From the NCBI GenBank assembly GCA_965219095.1, contig CBDCMT010000001.1, positions 864,001 through 928,000 on the forward strand: a stretch of 64,000 nucleotides of DNA. Direction: 5' to 3'. This DNA comes from Bdellovibrionales bacterium (GTDB lineage Bacteria; Bdellovibrionota; Bdellovibrionia; Bdellovibrionales; UBA1609). The notes under the pieces were generated by a model, which was not told the origin of the DNA, did no database searches, and worked only from the letters and a program-made list of their open reading frames with translations. Within the stretch, counting starts at the first letter, position 1. Every line of letters begins with the position of its first letter. Made by a program: the position numbers and the translations under genes. Below, piece by piece: positions 50,776 to 61,567 of this stretch.

Positions 50776-51452
50776 ATATAAAAATATACAGCAAGATCAG
50801 TTCCTAGTTGAGAGGTGTTTTATTTTGAGTTGAGCCTTTGATCCATGTATTTTTTTTAAAACAGTGCCGTTTTTTGTCACTTTTTCAGTTTTTTGGACCT
50901 AAATTGTGTGACTGAAGATAATACACTGCAATGGAAGTGTTGCATTAAGTTATAGTATTCTTAAGGTAAATTGAAGGTTAAATGAAAATGCCCTTTCTGA
51001 AAGAGCCTAACAAGATTACGGACATATTCGAAGGGATTAATCCCTACTCTCATTCTCTTAATACACCCTGCTTGCAACATAAGCTCAGCAATTAATTGAT
51101 TTCTAGAAACACTGATCTTACCTTGATTTTTTAGGGATAGCCTCTACTTCTTCTTAGGCTTTAATTTTAGAACTTTCCAATATCATTTATTTTGAGATAA
51201 GGGAGAAAAATCAAAAAAGAGTTTTACCTGTAGAAGCAAAGTGACACCCTTTCTTTTTCATATTTACAATTTTTTGACAAAATTGATACTTTATTTAAGG
51301 TGAGTTATATGAATTTTTTTTAAGACCTCTTATGTGCCTTATTTGCTTCATTTTTTTCAGAGTACACCAAATATCAATAATAAGGTTTTTTCGTATATAG
51401 CCTTGATTTTTATAAGAAAATTTGATCCTCTTACAATAAGACACACTCAAAA

Positions 51453-51526
51453 GGTGGCGTGGGAGAGTGGTTATCCAGAGGACTGCAAATCCTTGCACAC
51501 CGGTTCAAATCCGGTCGCCACCTCCA
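51453..51526 (+). tRNA. tRNA-Cys(GCA)
   Basis: Acceptor GGTGGCG/CGCCACC, anticodon loop CTGCAAA, U73 discriminator, CCA. Confidence 0.96.
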
Positions 51527-51712
51527 ACCTTAAAAATTAGACAACTTTACCTAAATTCGGGGTTAAAAATATACACCACAAGCCTTCTAAGGGCTTTAAA
51601 GTTTGAGAAAGGCCATTCTCCCTCTAAAAAGACAAAATTTTAGAACCCAAAGTCAAAGTCTTTTTTTTGCTCCTTCTTTTTTGCACCAGAAAAATGCTGA
51701 TAAAGCTCGTAC

Positions 51713-52240
51713 TATAGTGCTATCAATAGAAAGATGTTCGTTTTTAAAATCTTTTATAAGATGAGAGGAAATCTTCTTTAGAAATTCTAGATTTCTCCCA
51801 ACGAGTGAAATGAGAGCGAACGTTCTTTAAGTGTCCATGAGGTTCCGAAAGAAACCTCCAAGAGGTTCCAGCCCTCAAAATCCATAGGACTTATACTGGT
51901 CACACTTTAGAATCCATACACAGAGAGGGGGGCTAGTTTTTGTAAAAATGTTTTGATAACATAAAGTTTTATGCAAACAATATCTTTTATGGGAGCCTTA
52001 TTATCAAAAAAAGAGCGTCAAGAGCTTTTATCAGCATTAAAACGAAAAGATATGCTTATACCAATTACAGAAATTAATTTGACATTTTTATGTTCAAATT
52101 TAAAATTTTAAAATTGACTTAAGGAAAAGCTTCAGTTAGGAGATTTTAAAAAAACTTCTTTTGAGGAGGCAATTAATATTTCAAATCATCTATGAAAAAG
52201 TCAGTTATGCAATTTAGTTTACGGGATCAGATTACAAGCC
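51713..52240. mobile_element. Degraded IS630 end fragments with ISL3 and IS256-like stubs
   Basis: TATAGTGC IR and MGALLSKKERQELL resembling the 36172 ORF start; 52057-52150 matches 7933-8030. Confidence 0.6.
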
Positions 52241-52263
52241 CTTCCTTTTAAGAAAATGAGTGT

Positions 52264-52968
52264 TTAGGTTTTAATTCTTTTTGTCTTTGAGATAACAATT
52301 ATAAAACATTCCTTATTCTTTGTGCAGGGAACTTTAATCCACCGCCTCATTTTAATTAAATACCTCCTTTTAACGTTCTCAAGTTTTAATTCTTTAACAG
52401 TATGTGCAGGAATTTTAGGATCAATACTACTATAGACCCTTGGCCCACGAATAAAAACTTCTACTTGAGATAAAATTTGATTTTGAATTTCATTATCCCT
52501 ATCATAAATTTCATACCAAGGATTTCGAATGGTTGTGAGATAGTCATATTTACATTCATGGAGAAACTCAAAATTTCTATGAATCTGTCTATGATCTTCA
52601 GTGTACACTTCTATAACATTACCTTCTTTAATCTCTCTAAAGACTTCCGTAGGAGCAAGTACGTTATACTTATCAAAGAAAATCCTAAGAATCTTAACTT
52701 CTTCTTGATTTCTCAATTTTCCTGTATTCTCTAGAATGGGCTTTAGCTTGATGATCTCCAAATAGTTCCTTGCCTCCTCAAGAGAAGCGATTTGTTTTTC
52801 TTCAGGATCTTCAGAGAATTTTTGAAGAGAGTCAGAGGTGTAAGGGGTAAGGCTATAGCCTCTTCTCTCTAAAATGCTTTGTATTTCTTCAGTCATGAAC
52901 TTCATTTGATCAATATGATCTATGTTTGATGAAATAAAAAGTTTCTGTTTCAATCTTGGTTTTGCCAT
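52264..52968 (-). CDS. Hypothetical protein preceded by a sigma28-like promoter (TAAA-N16-GCCGATAG)
   Basis: 234-aa ORF; no recognised motif. Confidence 0.65.
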   Translation of the reverse strand: MAKPRLKQKLFISSNIDHIDQMKFMTEEIQSILERRGYSLTPYTSDSLQKFSEDPEEKQIASLEEARNYLEIIKLKPILENTGKLRNQEEVKILRIFFDKYNVLAPTEVFREIKEGNVIEVYTEDHRQIHRNFEFLHECKYDYLTTIRNPWYEIYDRDNEIQNQILSQVEVFIRGPRVYSSIDPKIPAHTVKELKLENVKRRYLIKMRRWIKVPCTKNKECFIIVISKTKRIKT

Positions 52969-53282
52969 TGGAATCTCTATCGGCTTTTTTAAGTAAATTT
53001 TTTAAAAAAAAGTAAAAAAGTGAGTTATTTTTACTTTTTCGTATCTTAATAAGACAACTTTTTTTCTCTTGTATCTTTTCAAGACAAATTTTTGATCCGA
53101 AAGGAAAGATTTATAAACAAATGAAGACTTTTAGGCACTACTTCTTTTAAAGGTATTAGGGGAATGGTATGTATAAAAGTAGTAAAATCAGAAGAGGATT
53201 GTTTTTAAAATTTTCTTCGATTTCTTTTGTGATTTTTTCCCAGCTTAACTCTTTCTTGAGGGCGAACTTGAAAGAAAATTCT

Positions 53283-55015
53283 CTATTTTTTTTCTTGAGT
53301 GATTCCGGGAGAAACCATTTCTTTTTCCAACTTCAAAATCAGTTTATCGACAAAAACAGCTAACAAGGCTGCGGGAATAGCTCCTAATAGGATCAACTGA
53401 GAGTTTACTGTGGCCAGACCTCTAAAAATGGGATCTCCTAAGCCCCCCTGCTCCAACTAAAGCGGCTAGTGTTCTGACCAGTAAATTTTTTCACAATTTT
53501 CAAGCCTTTAATCCAGGTCATTTTATTAAATTATTTTTATATTAAAAAGAATAAAAGTGAAATGTTTAGAGTTATACCAATTCCAAAAGTTAATTCTACA
53601 TTTTCATGTATAAGTTTGGATTTTTACTTCTAGAAATTTATAACTTTTAAGTACGGGTAAAGAGTGTATCAAATTCATTGGAAAGATATGATTCTCTAAT
53701 GTTTATATACAATTTAGTTTACAGGCTCTTACAGGCTCGTCTCATTTTTTATAATGGAACTTTTCTCTGGCTGATTTTCTTGAAAAATTCCATTTTATTA
53801 TAATCTTCCGTCTGTTCATAATATTTACCCAAGCCTTGGTTCTTTTTCTTAAAGTTTCTATGTCAGGTATTCTTGATTTTCCTAAACATTGACGAGAGTA
53901 CATATTGATTGCAATTTCTGCTTGATTTAACCAACTTCCATGATTCGGAGTATAATGAACCTCAAAGCGAGACCATAGATGCAAACCTCGCTCTTTTCCA
54001 TAAAAATCAGTAAGACTTTTTTTTCTATGAGTGTTCAAATTATCCATAACTAGAACAATCTTCTTGGAATCAGAATAATGTCTCTCAACAGAAGATAAAA
54101 ACTTAGCAAAATCCGGACCTGTCCTTCTCTCTGTTACCTTATTCATATAAAAACCTCTCTTAGGCTCCACAGCACAGAAAACATTTGCTGTACCCTCTCT
54201 TTTATACTCATAATCTACTTTTTTTACTTCCGAGGGACGACAACCCGATGGAGGACGAACATCATCAAGTAACTGAAGAGGCTTTTCATCAATACACACA
54301 ACAGGCTTTCCTTTAATCGGAGGCTTCTCATACACTTTCAAAACATCCTCCATCCTCTCTATAAATTCATCATTAAGCTCTGGTACACACCAACTCTTCT
54401 GTTGCCAAGGTTTTAGATCATGTTCTAAAAGAATAATCCTAACTTTTTCTTTGCTAATAGAGTCTACAATCTTGTTTTTTTCTGCCCTCTCTTTAATGAG
54501 CTCTAAAGTCCATCGATCAAAGCCCTCCGGAGGATCTGAGCAGACCATAGCTATAATCTTTGACTTTATGCGATCATCAAACTTTGGAGGCTTTCCAGGA
54601 CGAGGATCATCTTCAAGAGCTTTTTTCAACCCAAAATCCTCATAGTTTTTTTGGATGTTGAAAACAGTTCTAGGAGTTATCTCTAAGTAATCTGCTGTCT
54701 CTACGGCAGTTAATCTTTTGTTCCTTAAGTTTAGAACATTGGCTCGATATATGGCTCTTGGATTTTTAGACTTCTTTATAATTTTAAGAATTTCTCTCTT
54801 ATCTTTTGGCTTTAATAAATTTAACATATGAGTATTAAAACATAATAAAAAAAAATTAAATAAAATGACCTGGATTAAAGGCTTGAAAATTGTGAAAAAA
54901 ATTACTGGTCAGAACACTAGAGTGGTGATTCCAATAATGATGACTGCAGTCGTTCTAATGCCTGCTAAAATAAAAGGAAGTGCAAGAGGGATTTCCACAT
55001 ATCTTAAGATTTGAC
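53283..55015 (-). pseudogene. Diverged copy of the 3' 281 bp of the ABC permease gene, split by IS630
   Basis: 53283-53469 plus 54921-55015 align to 59205-59485; extra C in the run near 53443. Confidence 0.88.
53466..54920 (-). mobile_element. Intact IS630-family element, transposase 53742-54827
   Basis: About 70-bp TIRs bounded by CTAG; CIDEK, MDNLNTH, SWLNQAE DDE motifs. Confidence 0.95.
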
Positions 55016-55898
55016 TATGAAAACTTAAAGGTTATGGAAGAAAGAGGGATCAACTATGTGGTGGCTTGCAAATTAAAAACTCTTCCTAAAGAAAAGAAGC
55101 AGGAAATTTTAGATAGCAAAGACTATAAACTGTGTAGCCTTGGGTTTGATCTTTTTTGGAGGAAGGAGTTTGAACATGAATCAAGGAGGCTTGTCGTAAG
55201 CTATTCAAAGAAAAGAACTCATAAAGATAAAAACCAGAGAGAACGTTTGATCAATCGTTTAATGAAAAAAGCAAGAAACAATCAAATTCCTGTCAATCAG
55301 TTGATTTCCAACCACGGAACAAAAAGGTTTATTAAAGTTGACAAAACAAAAGCAGTGATAGATGAGGAGAAAATATCTAAAGAAGCTCTATGGGACGGTC
55401 TTCATGGGATCATTACAAATATTAAAGAAAAATCGGCCCAAGAACTTTTAGAACGTTACCGAGGACTTTGGAGGATTGAAGAGGCTTTTAGAGTGAACAA
55501 GCACTCATTAAAAATGAGGCCTATTTATCATTGGAAGAAAAGACGTATAGAAGCTCACATAGCAATCTGTTTTTTAGCCTATGCCATCTCCTATACGATG
55601 AAACACAGACTCCATCAGGCCGGCCTAAATCTTAGCATTGATAAAATGAGAAAAATCCTCATAAAAGACCAATACAGTGTTTTAGAAGAAAAGGCGACTC
55701 AAAAGTTTTATCAAATTCCTTCTCGAAACACGAAGGAAATAGAGGCCATCTAGAGCCTTTCACCTTCAAAGAAACTCTACCATGAGGCTTCTTTCACAAA
55801 ATTCCACCCAACAATAAATAACCCTGATTCTGTGACCCCAGAATCTCTTAACCTATTGTAATTATTAATTTGTCGCTATGTGTTGTGTCGAAGTCAGG
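55016..55898 (+). pseudogene. IS1634-family transposase C-terminal half with right IR
   Basis: WDG.HGIITN, Y.GLW.IEEAFR..K, RPIYHW, RIEAHI.ICFLAY. Confidence 0.88.
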
Positions 55899-55967
55899 AT
55901 AAAAAACTCAAACAAAAAAACATCAAAGCCTTAGTCCTTCACCTTCTTGTATTAACAAGCCTGATCT

Positions 55968-57259
55968 AGACGGTAAATCAAAAAGACAGGTCACTGGTTT
56001 AAGCCATGATAGTGACCCTAAAGTACTTGCAGAAGGAGGTGAGCTTTTCGAGACAAATTCTAAACCCTTTAGCTGGCCTGGTTTTTAAGGCCTCAAAGGG
56101 AAAAGCAAAAAAAAGATGTAAAATAGGATTTCAAGACTTTATTTATAAACAAACCAACAAAGGAGGAAAATAAAATGTATGATCACTATATAGCCGTAGA
56201 TTGGGCACAAAGTAACATGGCCATTTCAAGGATGACAGGCAAATCAAAAGATATTAAGACTATGGACACGATTTCAGATCTTGGGAATCTTCGTGCCTAT
56301 TTAAAAACTCTGAAAGGTAAGAAGATATTGACTATCGAAGAGACTACAACTTCGATAGTGGTTGTATTCAGAATTAAAGGATAGTGTTGATGAGTTCATA
56401 GTCTGTGATCCTCTTCGGAACAAACTTTTAAGTGAAGGGGCTAAAACTGATAAAATTGATGCTGAAAAACTTGTTTTATTGTTACGCTCTGGCCTTTTGA
56501 AACCAGTTTTTCACTCAGGTGATGAATTCATTTACCTTCGTAAGATTGTCAGTGGGTATGAAGATGTGGTTAAAAGAGGAGTTCGTGTTAAAAACCAAAG
56601 ATCAGCTCTGTTTCGAGCTTCCCATCTTGATGCTAAGAAGCAGACTCAATTAAAACGGGCAGAAGAGATATATTTGTTCTAGAAGGCTTAGATAAAGCTA
56701 TCAGTTCTTATGGGGAGGAGAAAGCACGTTATGAAGCAGAGTTTAAGAGGCTAAGTAAAAAACACAAAGATATTAGAAATCTTAGTAGCATTCCAGGAAT
56801 TGGTTCTATCAAGGCTATCAAGATTGTAGCCAGGGTTGTAGTGCCTCACCGATTTAAACGTAATTCCTGGTGGAGTGGACTGCGGACTTGTAAAGATACA
56901 TAAAATGAGTGGCGGAAGGTCTTATGGAACTAAGAAGTCTAGGTTTTGCCCACAAATGAAAAGTGTTTTTAAGACAGCTGCACTCTCAGTTATAGGAAAT
57001 AACAATGAATTTAATGATTTTTATGAAGAGCTGATCAAAAAAAATTATCCAACACATACTGCTTATTGCTAGAAGAATTGCAACTTTAACTTTAGGTGTT
57101 TTCAAGTCTGGGAAAAAAATATGCCTCCTCAAAAGAATCTGTGGGTTCCCGGAGGTTCTTTTGAGGAGGCAAAAGGGCTCCTCCCGGGAATCTGTGGGTG
57201 AAAAGTAGCTAGAAATATAAACCTTATGGAGAACGTAAAAATGTAAATAATAATAAAAC
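55968..57259 (+). mobile_element. IS110-family element, frameshifted transposase (56175 to about 57120); right end cut by IS66
   Basis: DEDD motifs AVDW, IEET, KTDKID; SIPGIG and MSGG Tnp20 motifs. Confidence 0.9.
57123..57216. mobile_element. ISL3 end cluster: fold-back right end plus IRR-AAAAG-IRL junction
   Basis: Insertion relative to the homologous site at about 5652. Confidence 0.8.
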
Positions 57260-58790
57260 GTAACTGCTCACTCTCGTAAGTTTTTATTTAAAGCCATAGA
57301 GATGGCTTCTAAAGAAGAATACCCTCTATTTCTCATTGTTTTAACATAGCTGGTAATGCGACAAAAATATTTCGCCATTTCTTCTGTTCTGAAACACCCT
57401 GACACTTTCTTTTTCACCTTAGTCATTCTTAGATCTCTTTCAGCTCTGTTATTAGTAGAATCTACGTTCTTTCTTTTAGAAAAACACAGTATTTCTGCTT
57501 CATACTTTTTAAATCGCAGCCAAAGGTTTTGAGCTTGTGTGTGCTTTAGTCGTCCTTTCTTGCCATTTTTCTTAGGAAATTCTGGAAGCTCTTTTAAGCC
57601 TTTTGTAAGAATACTCCTATACCTTCTCTGAAGAGTTTCGTACTCTTTTTGAGTCAGAACTCTTGACTCTTTTTTATGAACTAACTCCACAGTCTCTTTA
57701 AGAAGTTTTTTGAGATTTGTAGCCCATTTGAATCCATTGCTTTCTTCTATAAATTTAAGCTCTCTCAAAAGGTGAGCCACACACAAAGCATGAGTTATCT
57801 TATCATAACAAAAGTAAGGACTCCAACAATCATGCACAAGCACTCCTCCATATCTATCCAAGAGACCAATATCTTTTATGGCTTCCCTTCCACCTGAAAG
57901 GTGGAGAAACTGCAAGACTAATTCTCCTGAACTATAAGTATGAATCCAGTAGTTTTTACCCTTAACCCTCATAGAGGTCTCATCAACATGAATGACCTCT
58001 GATTCAAGTATCTTTTCTTTCATCTGCTCTTCCCAACTTTTAAGAAACTCTCCTAATTCAGCAATGTATCTCAACATAACTGCAGGAGAAATCATTCGAC
58101 CTATAAGCCCCATGTAATGTTCCCCAACACGCTCTAAAAGACAGCATCTGAACTATAATGAAATTGATGATGGAAGCTCTAATGCCTATACCATACTGAA
58201 GAGGACCACTCATACCTTTAGGGAATTGACCTTTATTTCTAGCTCCACATGAGGGACAATCCTTAACTTCAGAAGTTACAGTATGGGTCTGAATTTCATA
58301 AAAAATATCAATCTTTTTACGCTTCTCAAGGCTTTTTACCTCTGCTGTCTTTAAACACATCCCACACTGAGAACACTCTGAGGGAGAGACAGTCTCCTCG
58401 CTGTTTTGTATCTTTACTGATAAGTCTAGAGCCCTTTTTCTGACTCCCACTAGCTTTCTTATTACGATTCCCTTGACGACTAAAATCTTGCGAAGGAGGA
58501 AGACCGCTGTTGCTGGAATTTTTTCGAACCTGTTTTTCTAAAAGCACAGCAATCAGAATGTTCACAACCTTAAAGAGAGATTCAAAAACCACAGAAATCT
58601 CAGTAGGCACAGAACCTTTCTTTGCAAACTTATCAAAGTCACTTCTTGTATTTTCAATCTCATTTCTGATGGAGGTCTTATTTATTGTCATTTGAAAAAA
58701 GTATTTAAAAGAAAATCTGTAAGAGCAAGACTTTTATCTTAAAACAGGTCTAAAGTTAGGGATAACTGAACAATGTAGGTGAGCAGTTAC
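57260..58790 (-). mobile_element. IS66-family element (TnpC-only type), frameshifted
   Basis: TIRs GTAACTGCTCAC / GTGAGCAGTTAC; NSSNS.LPPS, HVDET, CVAHLLREL, TNNRAERDLR motifs; no TSD. Confidence 0.9.
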
Positions 58791-59204
58791 AAATCAGTTA
58801 CACAATTTGGTTTACAGACTCAATTATAGATTCTCTATTCTTCTTGTTTTGAAGCCTCACAAGTAACATGTCTCATAGGGATGACCAGTCAGTCAAACCA
58901 GAAAAGTAAGTCACCGGTTTGAAGGATGATGTCTGTAGTTTCCTTAAAGTTTAAGAAAAGGCTTGGTCGTATAATTATGCGATCTTCTGTTTAAGTTCAA
59001 AGTTTATTTTTTATTGATTCAATCAGTTTGATCTTGTTCCATAGTTTTCGTTGTTAATTCATATCTTATGAAGATATCCTTCACTTCCTTTCTCATAACA
59101 AGGTTAGCACATTAAATCAACTGACAACTCTAGATCAGGGTAAGTGTTGCTATTGCTCCGAAACACTGAAGTCAGAATAAATAAAAATTATTTAAACAAA
59201 TTCT

Positions 59205-60755
59205 CTACTTCTTTTCTTGAGTAATGCCGGGAGAGACCATTCCTTTTTCTAACTTTAAAATCAGCTTATCGACAAAAACAGCCAGCAAAGCTGCAGGGAT
59301 AGCTCCTAATAAGATCAACTGAGAGTTTAATGTGGCTAAACCTCTAAAAATGGGATCTCCTAAGCCCCCTGCTCCGACTAAGGCGGCTAGAGTTGTGATT
59401 CCGATAATGATGACTGCAGCGGTTCTAATGCCTGCCAAAATAAAAGGAAGAGCAAGAGGGATTTCCACATACCTTAAGATTTGACCATTTGTAAGCCCTA
59501 AGCCCTTTGAAATCTGAATGTATTTTCTATCTAATTTTGAAATACCAGTGTAGGTATTTCTCACAAGAGGTAAAAGAGCGTATGCACATAAAGCGACTAT
59601 AGCAGGTGCAAAACCAATGCCTAAAAGAGGAACTAAAAAACCTAAAAGAGCTAAGCTGGGAATGGTTTGTAAAAGGTTAATTACAGGAAAGAAAGTCTTG
59701 GCTAAAAATTCATAGCGGGTTAGTAAAATTCCCAAAGGAAAACTTAATAAAAGAGCGAAAAAAAGAGCTGTGAAACAAAGGTATAAATGCTCCTTTATGA
59801 TTTTCCACAAATATGATCTTTTTGTAAAAGCATAGTGAAAAAAGTTATCTGTTTTAGAAGTAGTCCTGACCTTCCCTTTTATGAGATTATTTTCTAAAAG
59901 AAAATTGTGAGCTACAGTTGAAATCTCTTGCTTGTCTTTATCTACAGCCTTATTCATAGCTATCATTTCTTTTTCGGAAATAAGATCTTTCATGATATGA
60001 AAAGCTTTTCTCAAAGAAGGGCTTTGCTCTAAAGTTTTTTTCTTTGCTAAAAAACAAGCATAATAAGGGGGAAAAAATTTTCTATCATCTTTGAGAGTTT
60101 TTAAACGATAAGCTTTGATTCTACCATCCGTAGAATAAGCTGTGATAAGGTCTGCTTTTTTATTACGAACAGCAGAGTACATAAGACCCGAATCCATAGA
60201 AAGAATATTTTTAGGAGAGAACTTCAATCCATAGGTTTTTATAAAATGATTAAAGCCATCTGGTCTTTCCATAAACTCATGTGGTGTTGCTATTTTTTTC
60301 TTTTCTACTTTGTTGACCAGATCTGAAACATAAAAAACATCCTTAAAGTAAGGGTCTGATTCTCTAACTGCTATAGTATAGGTGTTATTAAAACCAAGAG
60401 GAGGAGACCATACAAGTTGAAACCTTCTTTCGTACTCTCTTTGAAGAAGGTTATAAATTTTATTAGGATCTTTTAACCCTTTCTTCTTTAAGATCATCAC
60501 ATACCCTGTTCCTGTATAATCAGGGTAGGCGTGAATGTCTCCTGAAAGCAGAGCTTCGAATACAAACTGGGTTCCTCCCAAAGCGTATTTTCTCACAACT
60601 TTTTGAGAAAATTTTTTCTCAAGTAAGAGGGCTAAAATCTCACTTAAAATGATGGATTCTGTAAATTTTTTCGAGCCTATGACAAGAGGTTTTTTAGCAT
60701 GAAGAGTATTAAAATTAAAAAAAAATAAGAAAAGAAAAAAGGAAAACAGTTTCAC
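59205..60755 (-). CDS. Glycine betaine/osmoprotectant ABC transporter, fused substrate-binding and permease
   Basis: IGSKKFTES, YPDYTGT, GFNNTY, FFPPY; QTIPSLALLG and GAGGLGDPI permease motifs. Confidence 0.93.
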   Translation of the reverse strand: MKLFSFFLFLFFFNFNTLHAKKPLVIGSKKFTESIILSEILALLLEKKFSQKVVRKYALGGTQFVFEALLSGDIHAYPDYTGTGYVMILKKKGLKDPNKIYNLLQREYERRFQLVWSPPLGFNNTYTIAVRESDPYFKDVFYVSDLVNKVEKKKIATPHEFMERPDGFNHFIKTYGLKFSPKNILSMDSGLMYSAVRNKKADLITAYSTDGRIKAYRLKTLKDDRKFFPPYYACFLAKKKTLEQSPSLRKAFHIMKDLISEKEMIAMNKAVDKDKQEISTVAHNFLLENNLIKGKVRTTSKTDNFFHYAFTKRSYLWKIIKEHLYLCFTALFFALLLSFPLGILLTRYEFLAKTFFPVINLLQTIPSLALLGFLVPLLGIGFAPAIVALCAYALLPLVRNTYTGISKLDRKYIQISKGLGLTNGQILRYVEIPLALPFILAGIRTAAVIIIGITTLAALVGAGGLGDPIFRGLATLNSQLILLGAIPAALLAVFVDKLILKLEKGMVSPGITQEKK

Positions 60756-61567
60756 TTGTTTTCTTTTCTTTTTCTTTTCATAAACTCAGCTACAAAATTA
60801 TTTTTAGGATTTTCTAAAAAATACTCCTTTGTGCCCTGTTGAACCACTTTCCCTTTGTCCATTAAAAAAATCACATCTCCTAAGCGGAAAGCCTCCTGAA
60901 GATCATGAGTGACGACAATAATAGTTTTGTTCAATTTTTTATTGAGCCCTAAGATCTCTTCATGAAGGCTTTGAGTTAAAAGAGGGTCTAAAGCTGCAAA
61001 AGGTTCATCCATAAGAAGAACAGGAGGATCTTCCATCAAAGCCCTTGCAATACCGACTCTTTGTTTCTGCCCTCCACTTAATTCATGGGGATAGCGATGG
61101 CTGAGATTTTCATAAGATATGGATACAAGACTCATAAGCTCTCTGACTCTTTTCTCCCGCTTTTGAGAATCAAGTCCTAAAATTTTTGCTAAAAAAGAGA
61201 TGTTGTCTTTAACAGTTAAGTGAGGTAAAAGTCCTGCTCCCTGTACAACATAACCAATACCACGGCGCCACTTTATAGGATGTACCTCGGAAGACTTCCA
61301 ATCTCCAATAAAAATCTCACCTGAGGTGGGCTCAACAAGTCTATTGATCATTTGTAAAATAGTTGTTTTCCCACAGCCGCTAGTTCCCATAAAGCAAGCC
61401 ATCTTTCCTTCATTAACCTCAAAGGAAATGTTATCAACAGCTACAATATCTTTTTGAAATTTTTTTGTTAAGCTTTTAACTTTGATCATTTTACTTTGAA
61501 TACCCATGGTATTCTTGAGTGGTAAAGGCATCAACCTGTATAGCTTGATCCCTAAGATCTTCTGCAT
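60752..61567 (-). CDS. Osmoprotectant ABC transporter ATPase, no CBS domains (start probably at MIKVK)
   Basis: GTSGCGKTT, LSGGQKQR, MDEPF, VTHD. Confidence 0.93.
   Translation of the reverse strand: MQKILGIKLYRLMPLPLKNTMGIQSKMIKVKSLTKKFQKDIVAVDNISFEVNEGKMACFMGTSGCGKTTILQMINRLVEPTSGEIFIGDWKSSEVHPIKWRRGIGYVVQGAGLLPHLTVKDNISFLAKILGLDSQKREKRVRELMSLVSISYENLSHRYPHELSGGQKQRVGIARALMEDPPVLLMDEPFAALDPLLTQSLHEEILGLNKKLNKTIIVVTHDLQEAFRLGDVIFLMDKGKVVQQGTKEYFLENPKNNFVAEFMKRKRKENK

Noticed and set aside
50930..51250. Possible ncRNA upstream of tRNA-Cys
   Set aside because: No convincing structure; the minus strand weakly resembles a decayed coding fragment (SVSRNQLIAELM), too weak to call
55016..55898. 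Permease duplication as an IS1634 long target duplication
   Set aside because: The second copy does not abut the right IR and the copies are substantially diverged
53283..59485. Diverged repeat pair as a DGR template/variable region
   Set aside because: Mismatches are not adenine-specific and no reverse transcriptase is present
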